NCBI GenBank assembly: GCA_013239625.1
Contig: MU056029.1
Location: 620,001 to 684,000, forward strand
Length of the DNA stretch: 64,000 bases
Source: Lama guanicoe
Lineage: Eukaryota
Direction: 5' to 3'
The translations under genes were made by a program, and so were the position numbers. Below, one piece after another: positions 13,086 through 25,490 of this stretch. The notes beneath the pieces were generated by a model that had not been told where the DNA came from, searched no databases, and was given only the letters and a program-made list of their open reading frames with translations. The stretch's first letter is position 1, and every line of letters starts with the position of its first letter.

Positions 13086-14929
13086 GGGCAGTGTTTCACA
13101 CTAACAGGAGGAAAAGATGCTCTGACTGAGCCTGAACTTGTCCTGGCTGGCCCTGTACATGGTTGCCCACCATGGCTGCTGGGAGTCTGTGCCCCAAGAA
13201 CGCAGGCCCCACACTGCTGCTCTCTGCCCTGCTGTGTGCTGGCCGTCGTCTGCAACAGTGGTTCTTTCTATACTTTGGACACAGTGACAGCCTTCAGAGT
13301 TGATGCAGTGTCTGCTAGAGCTGGTGCATTCATCCCTGTCTGACCAGCCAAACATGGACCTCATGGAGGAGAACCACGAGCTTAATTTCTTAATCAGCAT
13401 CTCAAGCCTATTTTCAGAAAAGCAATCAGGTTTTGGTGAAAATAACACCCGCATGAGTGAGTGAGCCCCACGTGCTCACGCCTGAGGAAACTCCGGGTGG
13501 CACAGATTCCGACTCACCAGGTGGGAGCCTGGGGGCTGAAAGGTCATTTGCTATCTGCCAGGCTCTGTGTCAAGCCCGCCACACACATTGTTTATCCTTG
13601 GGTGAATACCACAAATTGGCTCTCTCTGCATCCCTTTCTGCAGATCATGCAAAGCTAGACCCTACCTTGGCCACACTCCACTGTGGGTAGAGTTCTGAAT
13701 GTGATTTATTATTGCAGTCAGGAGTCCTTGCACAGATTTGGAGGGCTATGGTGTGGGTGCTGCCCTCTGGATGACCTCCTTGCTTTGCTACCAGCTACTT
13801 TCCAATGCCTGGTCACTAGCTGGTGTCCAGAGGCAAGGCTGAGGATGTCCACCGGGCTTGGGGTTTGTTTATGTGGACTTGGGCACAGAGTGGCTGCGTC
13901 ACGGTGCAGCAGATTCCTTATCCTGCCTCGCAGTGAACACCGTGCCTCCCAGAGACAGCAGCCCCCCTGAGCAGCCAGTTCTCCAGTTCTAGGCATCAGT
14001 CCCAGAGGCCGAGTCTGAAGCCAGCCGCTCTGGCTTTGCCAACACTTCCGTAAGCATCCAACTCTCGGTATGGAATTCCAGCCTACTTTAGACAGTTACA
14101 ATTTTTTTTTTCTGCAACTGAACGGACTGATGAAGATAAAATTTATTATTTTGATTCATAAAGGAGGTAATTGAGGCTCAGTAAGGTTAAAAACAAACTA
14201 CGGATGAGTGTCAGAGATTGAATTTAATTCTAGGCCTGTAATCTCTAAAGAGAACACATTTACACTATGATTGCTTCCAAAGCAACCAATAAATATTAAA
14301 GAAGCAGAAGTTCCTCTTCTGACAAAAATGCAGAATACGTATCTTGGAAACATTGTCTTTCCTCAACACATAAGGTCCTGGATAGAGTCTAACAAATAGG
14401 CTTTACATTGCATGTTTTCTTTTAGAAAAAAAAAAGCAAAAATATGAGAGAAATTTAAAAGAGACAAGAAGGCCATGGCAAATGGGGAGTGTGAGCTCTG
14501 AAGGCAGATGCTCAGCCTTGGGGAAAGTTGCTGCTGCTCTTTGTAATTCAAGAGCTTCAGCTTTAATGCTGATACCAGGTAAGAAGAAGAGCTGTGTCTC
14601 TGGGCCCTAGACAGGTGCATATTTGAAACTGAGAGTCACATATCATATCAGAAGTGTAAGGGCCTTCACCTTTGGTGAAACCCTGTCTATTTCAGTCTGA
14701 ACTCTGAATGGAGAAAATGCCTATCTTAGAACTCATAATATTCTGTCTGCAGCTATCACTGATTTGGGGGTCAAATTTGTATTATTGGAGTAGTACAGTA
14801 ATTCCCAAGCTGAAAAATTAACATGCAAAATCATTTTTGGACACATTTAAATGAAATTTCTGGCCAGAAGCATATGTAAACCTTATCTGGAGGGGCGTGT
14901 TCTCACATGATTCCCATAGATAAAGTGCT

Positions 14930-15720
14930 GATGAGGATGAATTCACAATCTGCAATCACAAAGCACAGGAGGAAATGATTCACCATGAATGAAAGTCAAT
15001 AGAAGTAATAAATTGTAGGGTTAGACCCTCAAAAATGTCAAGTGATAAAACTATCAAATAAACAGTCTAGAATATTGTTAAAATGATTAAAGATACACAA
15101 GATGAAATTGAAAAACATAAAAGAAGAAAATACTATGAAAAAGAAAGGCAGATTTACAAGGTAAAAGAATTTTAGCAGTAAAAATTATACTCAGTGTATG
15201 AGACAGTGTGTTTGACACAGCTTAAGAATTACTGAATGAAAGGAGCATCTAGAAAGTACACAACACAGATTTTCTGGTCAAGATGGCAGAGTAGTAGGAC
15301 CATGAATTCGCCTCTCCTCACAACTACAACAAAACCACAACTGACTGCTGAACAGCCCTTGAGAAAAAAAGACTGGAGCCTAGTAAAAAGTATACAGCTC
15401 AGAGAAAACCAAGGTAGAAAGGATGGAACAGAAGATGAGTGACATATTGATTAGGAAAGCATTTTTAACATGCCTTTAATATGAGTTCCAGGAGAGGAAG
15501 CAGAAAGCATGGAGATAACATTTGAAGAGGTCAGAGTTTCAATTCTCCCAGAATTCATTAAAGATACCGCTCCTCATATCCTGGAAACATTAATTCTGAG
15601 GACTCATAAGATTAATCACACCAAGATACTGATCACCACAGACAAAGCAGAGAATGGAAGGGAGGTTACTTTAAGAGAAAAGAAACATGTCAACTCAGAA
15701 CAGACTTGTTGGGTTTAACT
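14930..15720 (+). mobile_element. Old L1 ORF1-region fragment
   Basis: A-rich; ORF1-like translation at 15509 (FEEV....PE.IKD....I.E). Confidence 0.5.
15270..15386 (+). mobile_element. Isolated L1 5'-end insertion
   Basis: GGTCAAGATGGCAGAG (YY1-type L1 start); flanked by a 17-bp imperfect direct repeat at 15253-15269 and 15387-15403. Confidence 0.6.
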
Positions 15721-17179
15721 ATAGATCGAGCAGGGATCAGCAAACTTCAACCCATGTAGCGTTTCACTGGAGCACACTCACACCCACTCACTGCCATGTT
15801 TTCATGGCTGGTTACATGATCTGCAACAACTCAGGTGGAGGTTACCTGCAGGACAAGTGGATGGCTTAATAATTCTTACCTAAGGTTTGGTACTAATCTC
15901 ACAGACCATCCTCTTTGTGTAGGGCTTGTTGGACAGAGGGCACCAGCTTTGGGGTAACTGAGACGAAAAGAGGGACCCTGGAGCATCCTCGTCAGCAGGA
16001 TAAGGGTGTGAGTACCTCATTGATCTAAGGTGTGGAAAACTCCCAGCTCAAACCTGGCCATCACATTCCCTTCATTGAAGATTTACAGTGATTGATCTGT
16101 GCACCATCAGCATCAGAGAGGGCTTTCTAAACTAGTCTTACGTGGAAAGTTTGGGGAACACTGCACACCATGTCCTAGGGAGGAATGTTTGGGGCAGGGG
16201 CAGTGCGGAATCGCTGTGCAGAGTCTCCCAGCCACGTGCAACCATGTACATCGGCATGTGAGGAACTCTATCAGCCACACCTTTGTTGACCCCAGGGTTC
16301 TTCGGATGCCTCTGACAATGGCACAGATATGACTAACAGCCCATGAAAACAGTGTTCTGTGAAAACCTTCTTCAGGGAAGGCTGCTTCAGATCAACAGCT
16401 TACTGGATGGACGAGAAACCCGAGGCCAAGAATGAGGCCAAGTTTCTGAGGCCAACTTGCCAACCTGTTTTCCTATGGCAGACCTCCTGGCCTCCTGTAT
16501 GTATCCCATTCTCTCATCACCAGAAATTCATTTGCTCTTCCTCTGCCACAAGTCCCTAAGCCGTTCTGAAACCCTACTTATTGATCTGAAAAATGAGGAA
16601 GTGAACAGTAGCATTTGAATCAAATTTTATGCCAAATAATAATTTGACTGTACATGCGTGACAGCATGTCTTTGAAGTCATGGAGTTGTTTTCATTGAAC
16701 ATTTCAAGGACAAGATTTCATTAACCTCTTTGGAAGGTGATTATGGAAAGCATTATGTCTAACATCAAGATTATGTTCTTTAAGTAATTCCAGATAGACA
16801 GTTCTTTACCTGGCTCTAAAATTAGAACTAGCCTTTTTCCCAAACCGCAGAACCCAATACATGTCAAGTGGACTTTTCTTACACTGGGGACTTTCCAACG
16901 AGTGTGAGCTCAGTGTTCTTTTTAATTGCTTTGCAGTGTAGTTTGGTTCGCACTGTCCAAGCAAATCTAATTGTGGGACTTCTGGCTTTGTAGTCAGAAA
17001 ATTTCTATATAAATGACCCCAAATCATCATTTCAGGTCAAGTCTTGTGATAGAAGAGGTTTTGCCTTGCAACTTTGTATACTTATGACATGTGGAAGGTC
17101 AGATGGTATGACTTTCAGGTAAGGTAATTTTTGGGGTCATCATTTTTCAATGTCAGTGTCATTTGAAAAATCTAACTTT

Positions 17180-17375
17180 GCTCCTCCTTTTTTTCCTTCC
17201 ATCCTTTTTCCTCCCTCCTCTTTCTTTCTTTCCTTCTTTCCTTCCTTCCTTCCTTCTTTCCTTTCTTTCTTTTTTCCTTCTTTCTTTCTTTTCCTTTCTT
17301 TCTTTTCCTTTCTTCTTTTCTTCCTTTCTTTCTTTCCTCCCTCTTTCTCTCTCTTTCTTTCCTTCTTTCTCTCTA
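17180..17375. repeat. (CTTT/CCTT)n polypyrimidine tract
   Basis: About 195 bp of almost only C and T. Confidence 0.95.
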
Positions 17376-17797
17376 ATGCTTGTGTGATTTCCTCCTAGAT
17401 TGCTAGAACATTAGAGCTGGGAGATACTTAAGTGTCAACCACAATCTTCATTTTATAGAGAAGGAAATTATGTCAAAGAAGAAAGATCTTTGGTGAATCA
17501 AGATTATTGTGAAATCACAGTCTTGTTCTTTTCTCTCTTATATTTCTCCCTAACCTATATGTCTCTTATTAAAAATGAAGCCAAAAAAATATGACTTGAT
17601 GGTTTGAAACAACCTTCTTCAAGAATACAGCATTCCTTTTTTTCCCAAATGTAAAGCTTTCATAGCTTTGGCCTTCAGTGTTCATTTTATTTCATGTGTA
17701 CATAATATTGAGAGTTTACAATAAAATATGTGTCTTTTTCTTCAATTAATTTATATTTGGTGTGCTCAAACTGTATTTTAGAAAAATGTTTTTACTT

Positions 17798-17863
17798 CTG
17801 TGTGTGTTTTGTGTGTGTGTGCGTGCGTGAGAGAGAGAGAGAGAGGGAGGGAGAGGGAGAGAG
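17798..17863. repeat. (TG)n(GA)n compound microsatellite
   Basis: Read directly from the sequence. Confidence 0.9.
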
Positions 17864-18240
17864 ACCTATACACCTGCCGGTCTTGAAGAGTCACAGGGCT
17901 CACGCAACCTAAATGCACATGAAGAATTCTAACCCCTTCCCTCCACAAAAATCCTCCAAAAATGTCAATGAGATATAGGCAAAATGAAACAATGCATTTA
18001 GCTTCGTGTTCAATACATTTAAGATTTATGTGAACTTAGATCATGTCTGGCACAGTGTCGGTAGGAGAATCATAAGCCTGCTCTTAGAGGACTATCAGTT
18101 TAGGGGTGAAACAAAGGTATGGATGTCTACACCATGCTAGCCTGCGGTAGGTGCTAGTTGAGGATAAGAACAGAGTGAGTGTGCTTGGAGGAGAGAGAAA
18201 CCAACTCTGAAAGTGTCGAGTTCTGTTTGTAGTGAGAAAG

Positions 18241-18398
18241 TTTTTTTTAAGTTTTATTTATTTATTATTATTTTTTCAGGAGGGGGAGGGAGGTAGGTCT
18301 ACTTATGTGTTTCTTTTCGGAGGAGGCATTGGGGATTGAACCCAGGACCTTGTGTACACTAAGCATGCGCTCTACCACTTGAGCTATACCCTAGCCCC
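18241..18398 (-). mobile_element. tRNA-Ala-derived SINE (Vic-1-like)
   Basis: GGGGATTGAACCCAGGACC...CTCTACCACTTGAGCTATACCC head; T-rich tail upstream. Confidence 0.9.
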
Positions 18399-18945
18399 AC
18401 TGAGGCAGATAATTAAATGGATTTTGTAAGACAAAATAGAAAAGAAAGGGGGAAGGACATTTCAGAGAGTAGGAAGCTCGTGGTTCTAAAAGAGTATGGA
18501 ATGTCAAGAAGTCTAACTTCATCCCAGAGCCTTTTTCTCACCAGGGTTTGCAAAAGTCTTGTGGCTCTCAGCTCTGCCTTTGGTTCTGCTCCTGGAGAGT
18601 CCTCCACCTCTCACACTGGGCCACTCCCAGGGGTGTGCGCCCCACACAGTGCCTCCGGTAAGTCCTAAAGAATACAGAATGGCTGGTTGCCTTGCTCTGC
18701 CGCTGGGCGCTACGTGCTGTGATCGGAACTTTTGAAAATGGTTCCCTCCTTTGCCTGGTTATAGCCAGACTGAAAAGCAGATGCAACATATTGAGAGCTG
18801 TGACCTCAGATGATGAATGAGAAATTAATGAGAGTTCAAGAAGGCTGGTAAATATAAAAGTGAATACAGAGACAATTATCATCTCATCTCTCAGGAACAA
18901 AAACACTACTTGAAAGCAAAATTTAAAATTTTACCATTAACACAG

Positions 18946-20180
18946 TATAGGGGAAGAAATAGTTTTCCTCCACCCATCTTAAGTTTTCAGCTGAGGCTTT
19001 GTAACAAGAGACAGATTAACAAGAAAAAGATAGCAATTTAGTTAATACAAGTTTTAGGTGACACAGGAGCCCTCATGAGGCAATGAAGACCCAGAGAAGT
19101 GGTAAAATCTAAGGGTTTATGTAGAACGTTGAACAAAGAGGGGCCATTGTGGGAAAGTAACTAAAACATTTGGGATGATTAAACGTTTGGTTAGACTTAG
19201 TTTGGAAAGTCTGTTTGTGTAACATTCTCTCAGTCTCAAATTCTCATCTTTGGTGACAAGAATGTTTCTTTCAGAACAGTATGGAGGTTCCTTAAAAAAA
19301 TAAAAATAGAGTTACCATATAATCCAGCAATCCCACTCCTGAGCATATACTGGGAGAAAACTCTAATTCAGAAAGATACATGTACTCCAATGTTCATAGC
19401 AACACTATTTACATTAGCCAAGACATGGAAGCAAACTAAATGTCCATCAACAGAAGACTGGATAAAGAAAATGTGATATATATAATGGAACACTACTCAT
19501 CATGAAAAGGAACGAAATAATGTCATTGGAAGCAACATGGATGGGCCTGGATATCGTCATATTAAGTGAAGTAAGCCAGGCAGAGATAGATAAATATTGT
19601 ATAATATCACTTATATGTGGAATCTGAAAAAATGACACAAACTTATTTACAAAACAAAAACAGACACACAGACATAGAACACAGATTTATGGTTACCAAG
19701 TGGGAAGGGGAAGGGATCAATTAGGAGTTTGGGATTGGCAGATACAAACTACTATGTACAGAATAGATAAACAACAGCTATCCCACTGTATAGCTCAGGG
19801 AACGATATTCAATGGCTTGTAGTAACTTGTAATGAAAAAGAGTATGTATATATAGGTATATATGTGTGTGTGTATATATACATATATGTATATATGTGTA
19901 TATATATTTGTGTGTGAAATGGAATCACTGTGCTGTACACTGGAAACTAGTATAACATTGTAAATCAACTATACTTCAATAAAAAATTTTTTGAAGAATA
20001 TTTCTTCCCTTTGGTACCGAGAGGACATTTTTCACATGGGGCTTTTATCTCCTGCTTTCAGGGAAAAAAGTGAAGGTCAGAGTGTCTCCTCACACCTGTT
20101 ATTTTTCAAGCGACTTTAGCTCAAAGTAATCCTTAAGACAAGGTAACATGTTTCAGGGTGGCATATTCTGCCACGCTTCA
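18946..20180 (-). mobile_element. MER34/MER39-like LTR, split by L1
   Basis: End reverse-complements to TGAAGCGTGGCAGAATATGCCACCC; near-TSD ACAG/ATAG; homologous to 23471-23956. Confidence 0.8.
19273..19993 (+). mobile_element. LINE-1 3' end (5'-truncated) nested in LTR
   Basis: ORF2 tail and 3' UTR ending CTTCAATAAAAAA; 15-bp TSD AAGAATGTTTCTTTC (19258-19272) / AAGAATATTTCTTCC (19994-20008). Confidence 0.93.
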
Positions 20181-20209
20181 ATAGCGTTAATAATATCAAA
20201 TACCCAGTC

Positions 20210-21800
20210 TAACAGAAAACATGCAAGACTTCTACAGAGGAAAGAAAATCACACCTTTGTTTTGAGGCCCTAGAGAAGACCTAAATACACAGAGAGATTG
20301 ATAGAAAGGTTTAATATGTAAAGGTGTCAATACAAATCTCAGTCAAAATCTAAGCACGTATTTGGTAGAACTTGAGAAATTATTTTTAAAATTCATATCC
20401 AAACATCCAAAAACAGCCAAAAACAAACAAGGAGAGAGGATTTATCCTCCTTGCTCCTTTATTGCTCCTTGCTGGCAGCAGTGATCACAAAGCTGGAATA
20501 AATGTGATAGCTTGGCTTAAGGTTGGGGACAAACACACCAGGGGCACAGGAGAGAGTCCAGAAACTGCATGCACTGATACTGACATCCACATATTGCAAG
20601 TATGCATTTACCGATACTTGATATGTGATGGGGTGGCAACAGCAGATTGGTAGTGTTGGGGCATTTAGTATCCATGCAGGGAAAAAACATGAATTTGCTC
20701 TCATACTATATAAGGAAATCATTCAAGATGTACACCTAAATGTGAAAAACAAAGTTATGAAGGCTTAAAAAGGCAATATAGGGGAAGCTCTTTTTCCCCT
20801 TCACTGAACAAAACACATCTTAATAGAACAGAAACAGCAGTAGGCATAAAACATTAAAAAAAAAGTGATCACGTTAAAATTAAGAACTTCTGTTTAGAAA
20901 GATAAACCATTAAAAGAGTGAAAAGAAAAGGCACTGAGAAGAAGATACTTGCAACAAAGGACTAATATCCAAATATCCAAAGATCCCATCAATATAAAAA
21001 AGACCAGTTTGGAAAAAAATGGGCAAAAGACTTGAAGAGATACTCTACAAATCCAAATGACCAATAAATATAAGAAGAGCTCTGATCTTTTTAGTAAGAA
21101 AAGAAATGCTAATTAAAACCACAATAAGGTACCATTACATACATAAGCTAATTGGCAAACAAAAACTTAAATTTGAAAATACCAAGTATTGTTGAGAAAG
21201 TGGATCAATTGGAACTCTCACAGTGCTTCTGAGAATGCAAACTAGGACCCCAGCTTTGGAGGGTAGTGCAGTATCACCAATCAAGATTAGGAATGTGCAT
21301 GTCTTATGCTCAGCCCGTCCTCTATCAGAGAGTATCTCAGAGAAGCTTCTGCATACGTACACCAACCATGCACATGAACCATACCGAGCAGTATGCTTCA
21401 AATAACCCCAACTCAGAAACAAACAAGAGTTCCAAATGTCTACAATGAGTGGAAATAAATAAATGAACTGTAGTATGCCCATGTAATGGAATATTATACA
21501 TCAAGGAAAATGAGTAAAATGCAGCTAAGCACAGTAACAAGGATGGATATCAGTATTCAGGGAGGGAAGCAAGGTGCAAAACACACCCTCCATTCCTTGC
21601 AATTCACATAAAGTTCCCCAAACAGGCAGCACTACATAAAGTGTATAGGGATGCTTGCATCATTAGTGAAAGTGCAAGAGCATTTAGTAGTATTTGTCAT
21701 GAAATCAGGGTGATGCTGACTTGGGGAAGGAGGGAGAGGATTGTGATTTCGGAGAACACACGAAAGACTGGTGGGGTGCTGGCAATGAGGCGAGTGTGGA
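20210..21800 (+). mobile_element. Old L1M ORF2/3' UTR, heavily decayed
   Basis: Motifs AAAATTAAGAACTTCTGTT, ATGGGCAAAAGACTTGAA, AATTAAAACCACAATAAGGTACCA. Confidence 0.75.
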
Positions 21801-21904
21801 CACCCAGGTCTCCTTGCATTTCTTGGGTACATATCCACACCCAGAAGGAGTAGGGCTGGATATAATGTGAGGGTGGGAAGGTAGAAGCCATGTTCTAGAA
21901 GCAG

Positions 21905-22412
21905 TGTTACCCAGTTGTACTGCTCACCACGTGACAGGCCGATAAATCAGGAGACGAGGTGTTGGGGCAAGGAATAGTGACTTTACTTGGAAGGCTGGCA
22001 GGGTGAGAAGATGGGGGCTAATGTCTTGGAGAACCATCTTCCTCAAGTCAGAATTTAGGCTCCTTTATATTAAAAATGGGAGGGAGTGTATTGGTTGTTG
22101 CAAATTTCTAGGTGTCAGAATCCTTTGTTCTTGCAACTGTCCACATAGTTTAGGTCACATTGTCCCTGTAAACCTCCAACAAGACAAATGTTATTCTCTG
22201 TTCTTCAACTTTTTATCTCAGTATGAATGGAAAACTGTTATACCCTTAAAGGTCAGAGGCTTGAGAATGGGCTCTCCTGTAAATTTCAGGCTCTAGGCAT
22301 CATTCTTTTCCAAAAGTTGCAGAATCAGCAAGACTAAGCCTAGGAAAAAGCAGAGGGTTAAGGCCAAAGGAACAGGTCTAGTATGAAGTCAGATCTGTTC
22401 TTCCCTATTACA
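21905..22412 (-). mobile_element. Solo LTR, family A, copy 3
   Basis: TGTTAC...CTATTACA; perfect TSD GCAG. Confidence 0.95.
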
Positions 22413-23117
22413 GCAGGGGTAGCACATGCCACAGGCAAGAGAGTGTGGACAGGTGTGTTCTCTAAATGGATCAGCCCGCTACAGAGTCTTAACTTATGTG
22501 ATAGTATTTCCCCTTCAAAATGTTACATGAAACATTCATTTTTAGTCTTTAATTTCTCTTTATAAATAGACACATCAAATAACACAAAATAAATATACGA
22601 TTGTTTTGCAGCTGCAGATCAGAAAATGATTACTGCTAACAGCATATAATCAGTAAACAGCACATTTTTAGCATGCAATGCTAATTTCTATTAGACTTAA
22701 AAGGATGTTACTTTATATTAGTGTTTGTCATGTATTCCTTTCAAGATAATGATTTATACTTCCTTTCACCTTTCTAGCAGTAATCTTTTTATCCACTTAA
22801 ACATGGCAAAAAATTACATTCCAAAGTAAACATATAAACAGCTATGATGCATATTTTAACGACCCTCCAACAAGAACCTAAAAGGAAAAGAGTATTTCTG
22901 AATATGCTGATTGAATACATTTTGTGTAAACATCATTTCAAATCCAAAGAAAGGACTTTGAAAGTAATTTTTATAAATTATTTAAATTTTGTTCAAAATG
23001 TATTAATTTCATTGCTTTAGACATAAGTTGTTAAACTAAAAATTGATTATCTCCATATAACTAACAGAGCAGTAGCTGTAGAACTTTTTGTTTCTATCAT
23101 AAGACTGATTTAATTCC

Positions 23118-23221
23118 TTTTTTTTTTTTTCTGTCTGTTGGTTAATGGAGGTACTGGGGATTGAACCCAGAGCCTCGTGCATGCTAAGCACACACTCTAT
23201 CACTGAGCTACACCCTCCCCC
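23118..23221 (-). mobile_element. tRNA-Ala-derived SINE (Vic-1-like)
   Basis: TGGAGGTACTGGGGATTGAACCC...CTGAGCTACACCCTCCCC. Confidence 0.9.
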
Positions 23222-23470
23222 TCTACTTCCATTTTAACACATGATCACAGCAAACATCTGTTAATGTCCCCTTTTTCTTACTCCTACAATATTAAGCACA
23301 ACCAAGCCCCAGGCTGAAAATATTTTTCAATGTCTTTTAACCCCTATAAATAATTGTCATCATTTTTGTCACATTGTTGTAGATAGTAACAAACCTCTTG
23401 ATTGATGAATTATAGTGCAAGAAAAATTGATCCCATTTAAAAATACATATGTATATATAATCTTTACCAT

Positions 23471-23956
23471 TCTAGGAGAGAAAAAACTTTTCCATGGCCC
23501 TAAGGGTCACTGGCTGGGTCCAAAAATGAAACTGACAAAGACAGATTAAATGGAGAAAAACATACAATTTATCTAACATAAGCTTTATATCACATGGGAG
23601 CCCTTATAAAGAAATGAAGACCTGAAGAAACAGGTAAACCTGAGCATTTTTATATCAGGTTTGATGAAGAGTGGGAAGCCATGGGAAAATGTGGTGAGAC
23701 AAGAGGATGTGGACTAATGGTCGTGAGCTGGGGAGACTTAGCAAGGGTGTTGGCAAGGCATCTCTCAGACAGGGAGCTCCCCTCCTCTGGGTACAGGGAG
23801 GCACCTCTCACAGGAGGGTCTTAGGGTCTGCTTCAGGGGAGAAGTGAGAGCCACAGAGTCCTTCCTGCATCCACCATTTCTCAAATTTCTTCAGCTTAAA
23901 ATATTCACTATATCCAAGGTGGCACACTTTGGGGTAGTGTGCCCCAAACCCCGTCA
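23471..23956 (-). mobile_element. MER34/MER39-like solo LTR
   Basis: Perfect TSD CCAT; homologous to 18946-20180. Confidence 0.82.
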
Positions 23957-24341
23957 CCATGAATGTAACTTAGTGAGAAAGCAAGAAATAAAATAGCTCC
24001 GTGGATCTTTGACTGATAACTTTGAAAATTTTTTATTTCCATGAGCATTAATTACAGGCAGTTAAATATTATGAGCAATTAGAGATTAAACATTCATGTT
24101 ATATACTGACAAATTTGTTGAGTAAGAACTGAGGGTTAAACACATGGGTACCCAGGGCATATTTGTGGGTTGCGGAGGGTTTAAGGGACTTGAATATTGA
24201 CTCAACACTGTTAGAGTTAAGTGGAGAAGAGAAATTATATATACATAACGCTACTTGGGAGAAACTGGATCGCTTCAATGGCCCACGGAATTACTTTGCC
24301 CAAGTTTACTAACTGAACCCCTACTTCTGAATCTAATGGAG

Positions 24342-24435
24342 GAGGGAGGGTACATCCCAGGGGTAGAGCACATGTTTAGCATGCACGAGGTCCTGGGTTC
24401 CGTCCCCAGTACCTCCATTAAAAAAATAAATAAAG
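24342..24435 (+). mobile_element. tRNA-Ala-derived SINE (Vic-1-like)
   Basis: GGTAGAGCACATGTTTAGCATGCACGAGGTCCTGGGTTCCGTCCCCAGTACCTCCA plus A tail. Confidence 0.88.
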
Positions 24436-24924
24436 CCAATGGATCCTCTCAGGTGTTATATTACTGAGCTCTCTCTTCCCCTCCACCCCCTCTTCCTCCC
24501 CTCTGCTCTTGGCCTTGTCCTAATACCCTGACAACTTCCTCCAACCCTGTCTCACCGTCACCAGCCCCCTGCTTCTGTTCAGCCATCAGTCACTCCTCAC
24601 CAACACTGGGACAGATTTCTAACTCAAATCCCTAGTTAGTCTGCCTCCAAAAATTGTTCTCCACACTGCTGTCAGATTAGTTTTGCTAAAATACTCATGG
24701 TGCCTTGTCTCTTACGTGCCTCGATATCTTCAAGGGCCCGGTCATGGCAGCAAAATGAAAACCGTAAAAAGGCCATGGTCCTCTCCTTTGCAGCCTCATT
24801 TTCTACACAGTTTGCTGACACTTTGTTCCAAGGGACTGAAGCAGCCATGACACCTCTCAGATACCAACTTACCACGTTCCATCACGTGACACCATCGCAA
24901 ATAACCCGGGAGCTACTATTATGA

Positions 24925-25490
24925 TCTGGGCATTTGAGGTGAGGAAACTGACATTTAGAAAGGCTCAGTAACTTGCCCAAAATCACACCCTTGCCCTTGT
25001 GTGGTAGTGTAACTGAGCAGGACCCGTGGGGCCTTCCAGGGTCAGACCCCTCCCCCGTATCCTCTGCTGTAGCTCCTCTCTGAAGCACACAGATCATAGT
25101 ATCTCATGTATATTTCCTGAGTTCTTCAGATGCTAAAAACCACCACCCAAGGGAAGAAAGTAACTACTTGATGATCAAGAGCATATGGCCCCCAGACCTT
25201 CTGGTGCCTGGGGTTTGATGGTATTGGTGCCCTGTTGCCACAACATCAAGCCATCAGAGGACTGTGCACAAGCTGATCACCCACCCTGTGACCCCTCTCC
25301 CCTCAGCTGGCCTTTAAATACACTTTGCTGAAACCCTTTGAGGGGTTAGGGGTTTTCTTGGGCACGAGCCACCCCATCCTCCTTGCTCAGCCCTGCAATC
25401 AGTCTTTCTCTACCCCAAATTCACGTTTCAGTTTGTTTGGTCCCACAGTGGGGCATCAGTAACAGTGGAGGCAGCATTCTAACCCAGGGA
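24925..25490 (-). mobile_element. MIR fragment split by family B LTR
   Basis: GAGGAAACTGA...AACTTGCCCAAAATCACAC before the LTR and GGCAGCATTCTAACCCAGG after it. Confidence 0.6.
25008..25464 (+). mobile_element. Solo LTR, family B
   Basis: TGTAACTGAGCAGGACC...CAGTAACA; near-TSD GTAG/GTGG. Confidence 0.92.

Noticed and set aside
17150..17398. F/S/L-rich ORFs
   Set aside because: They are translations of the CT-rich simple repeat.
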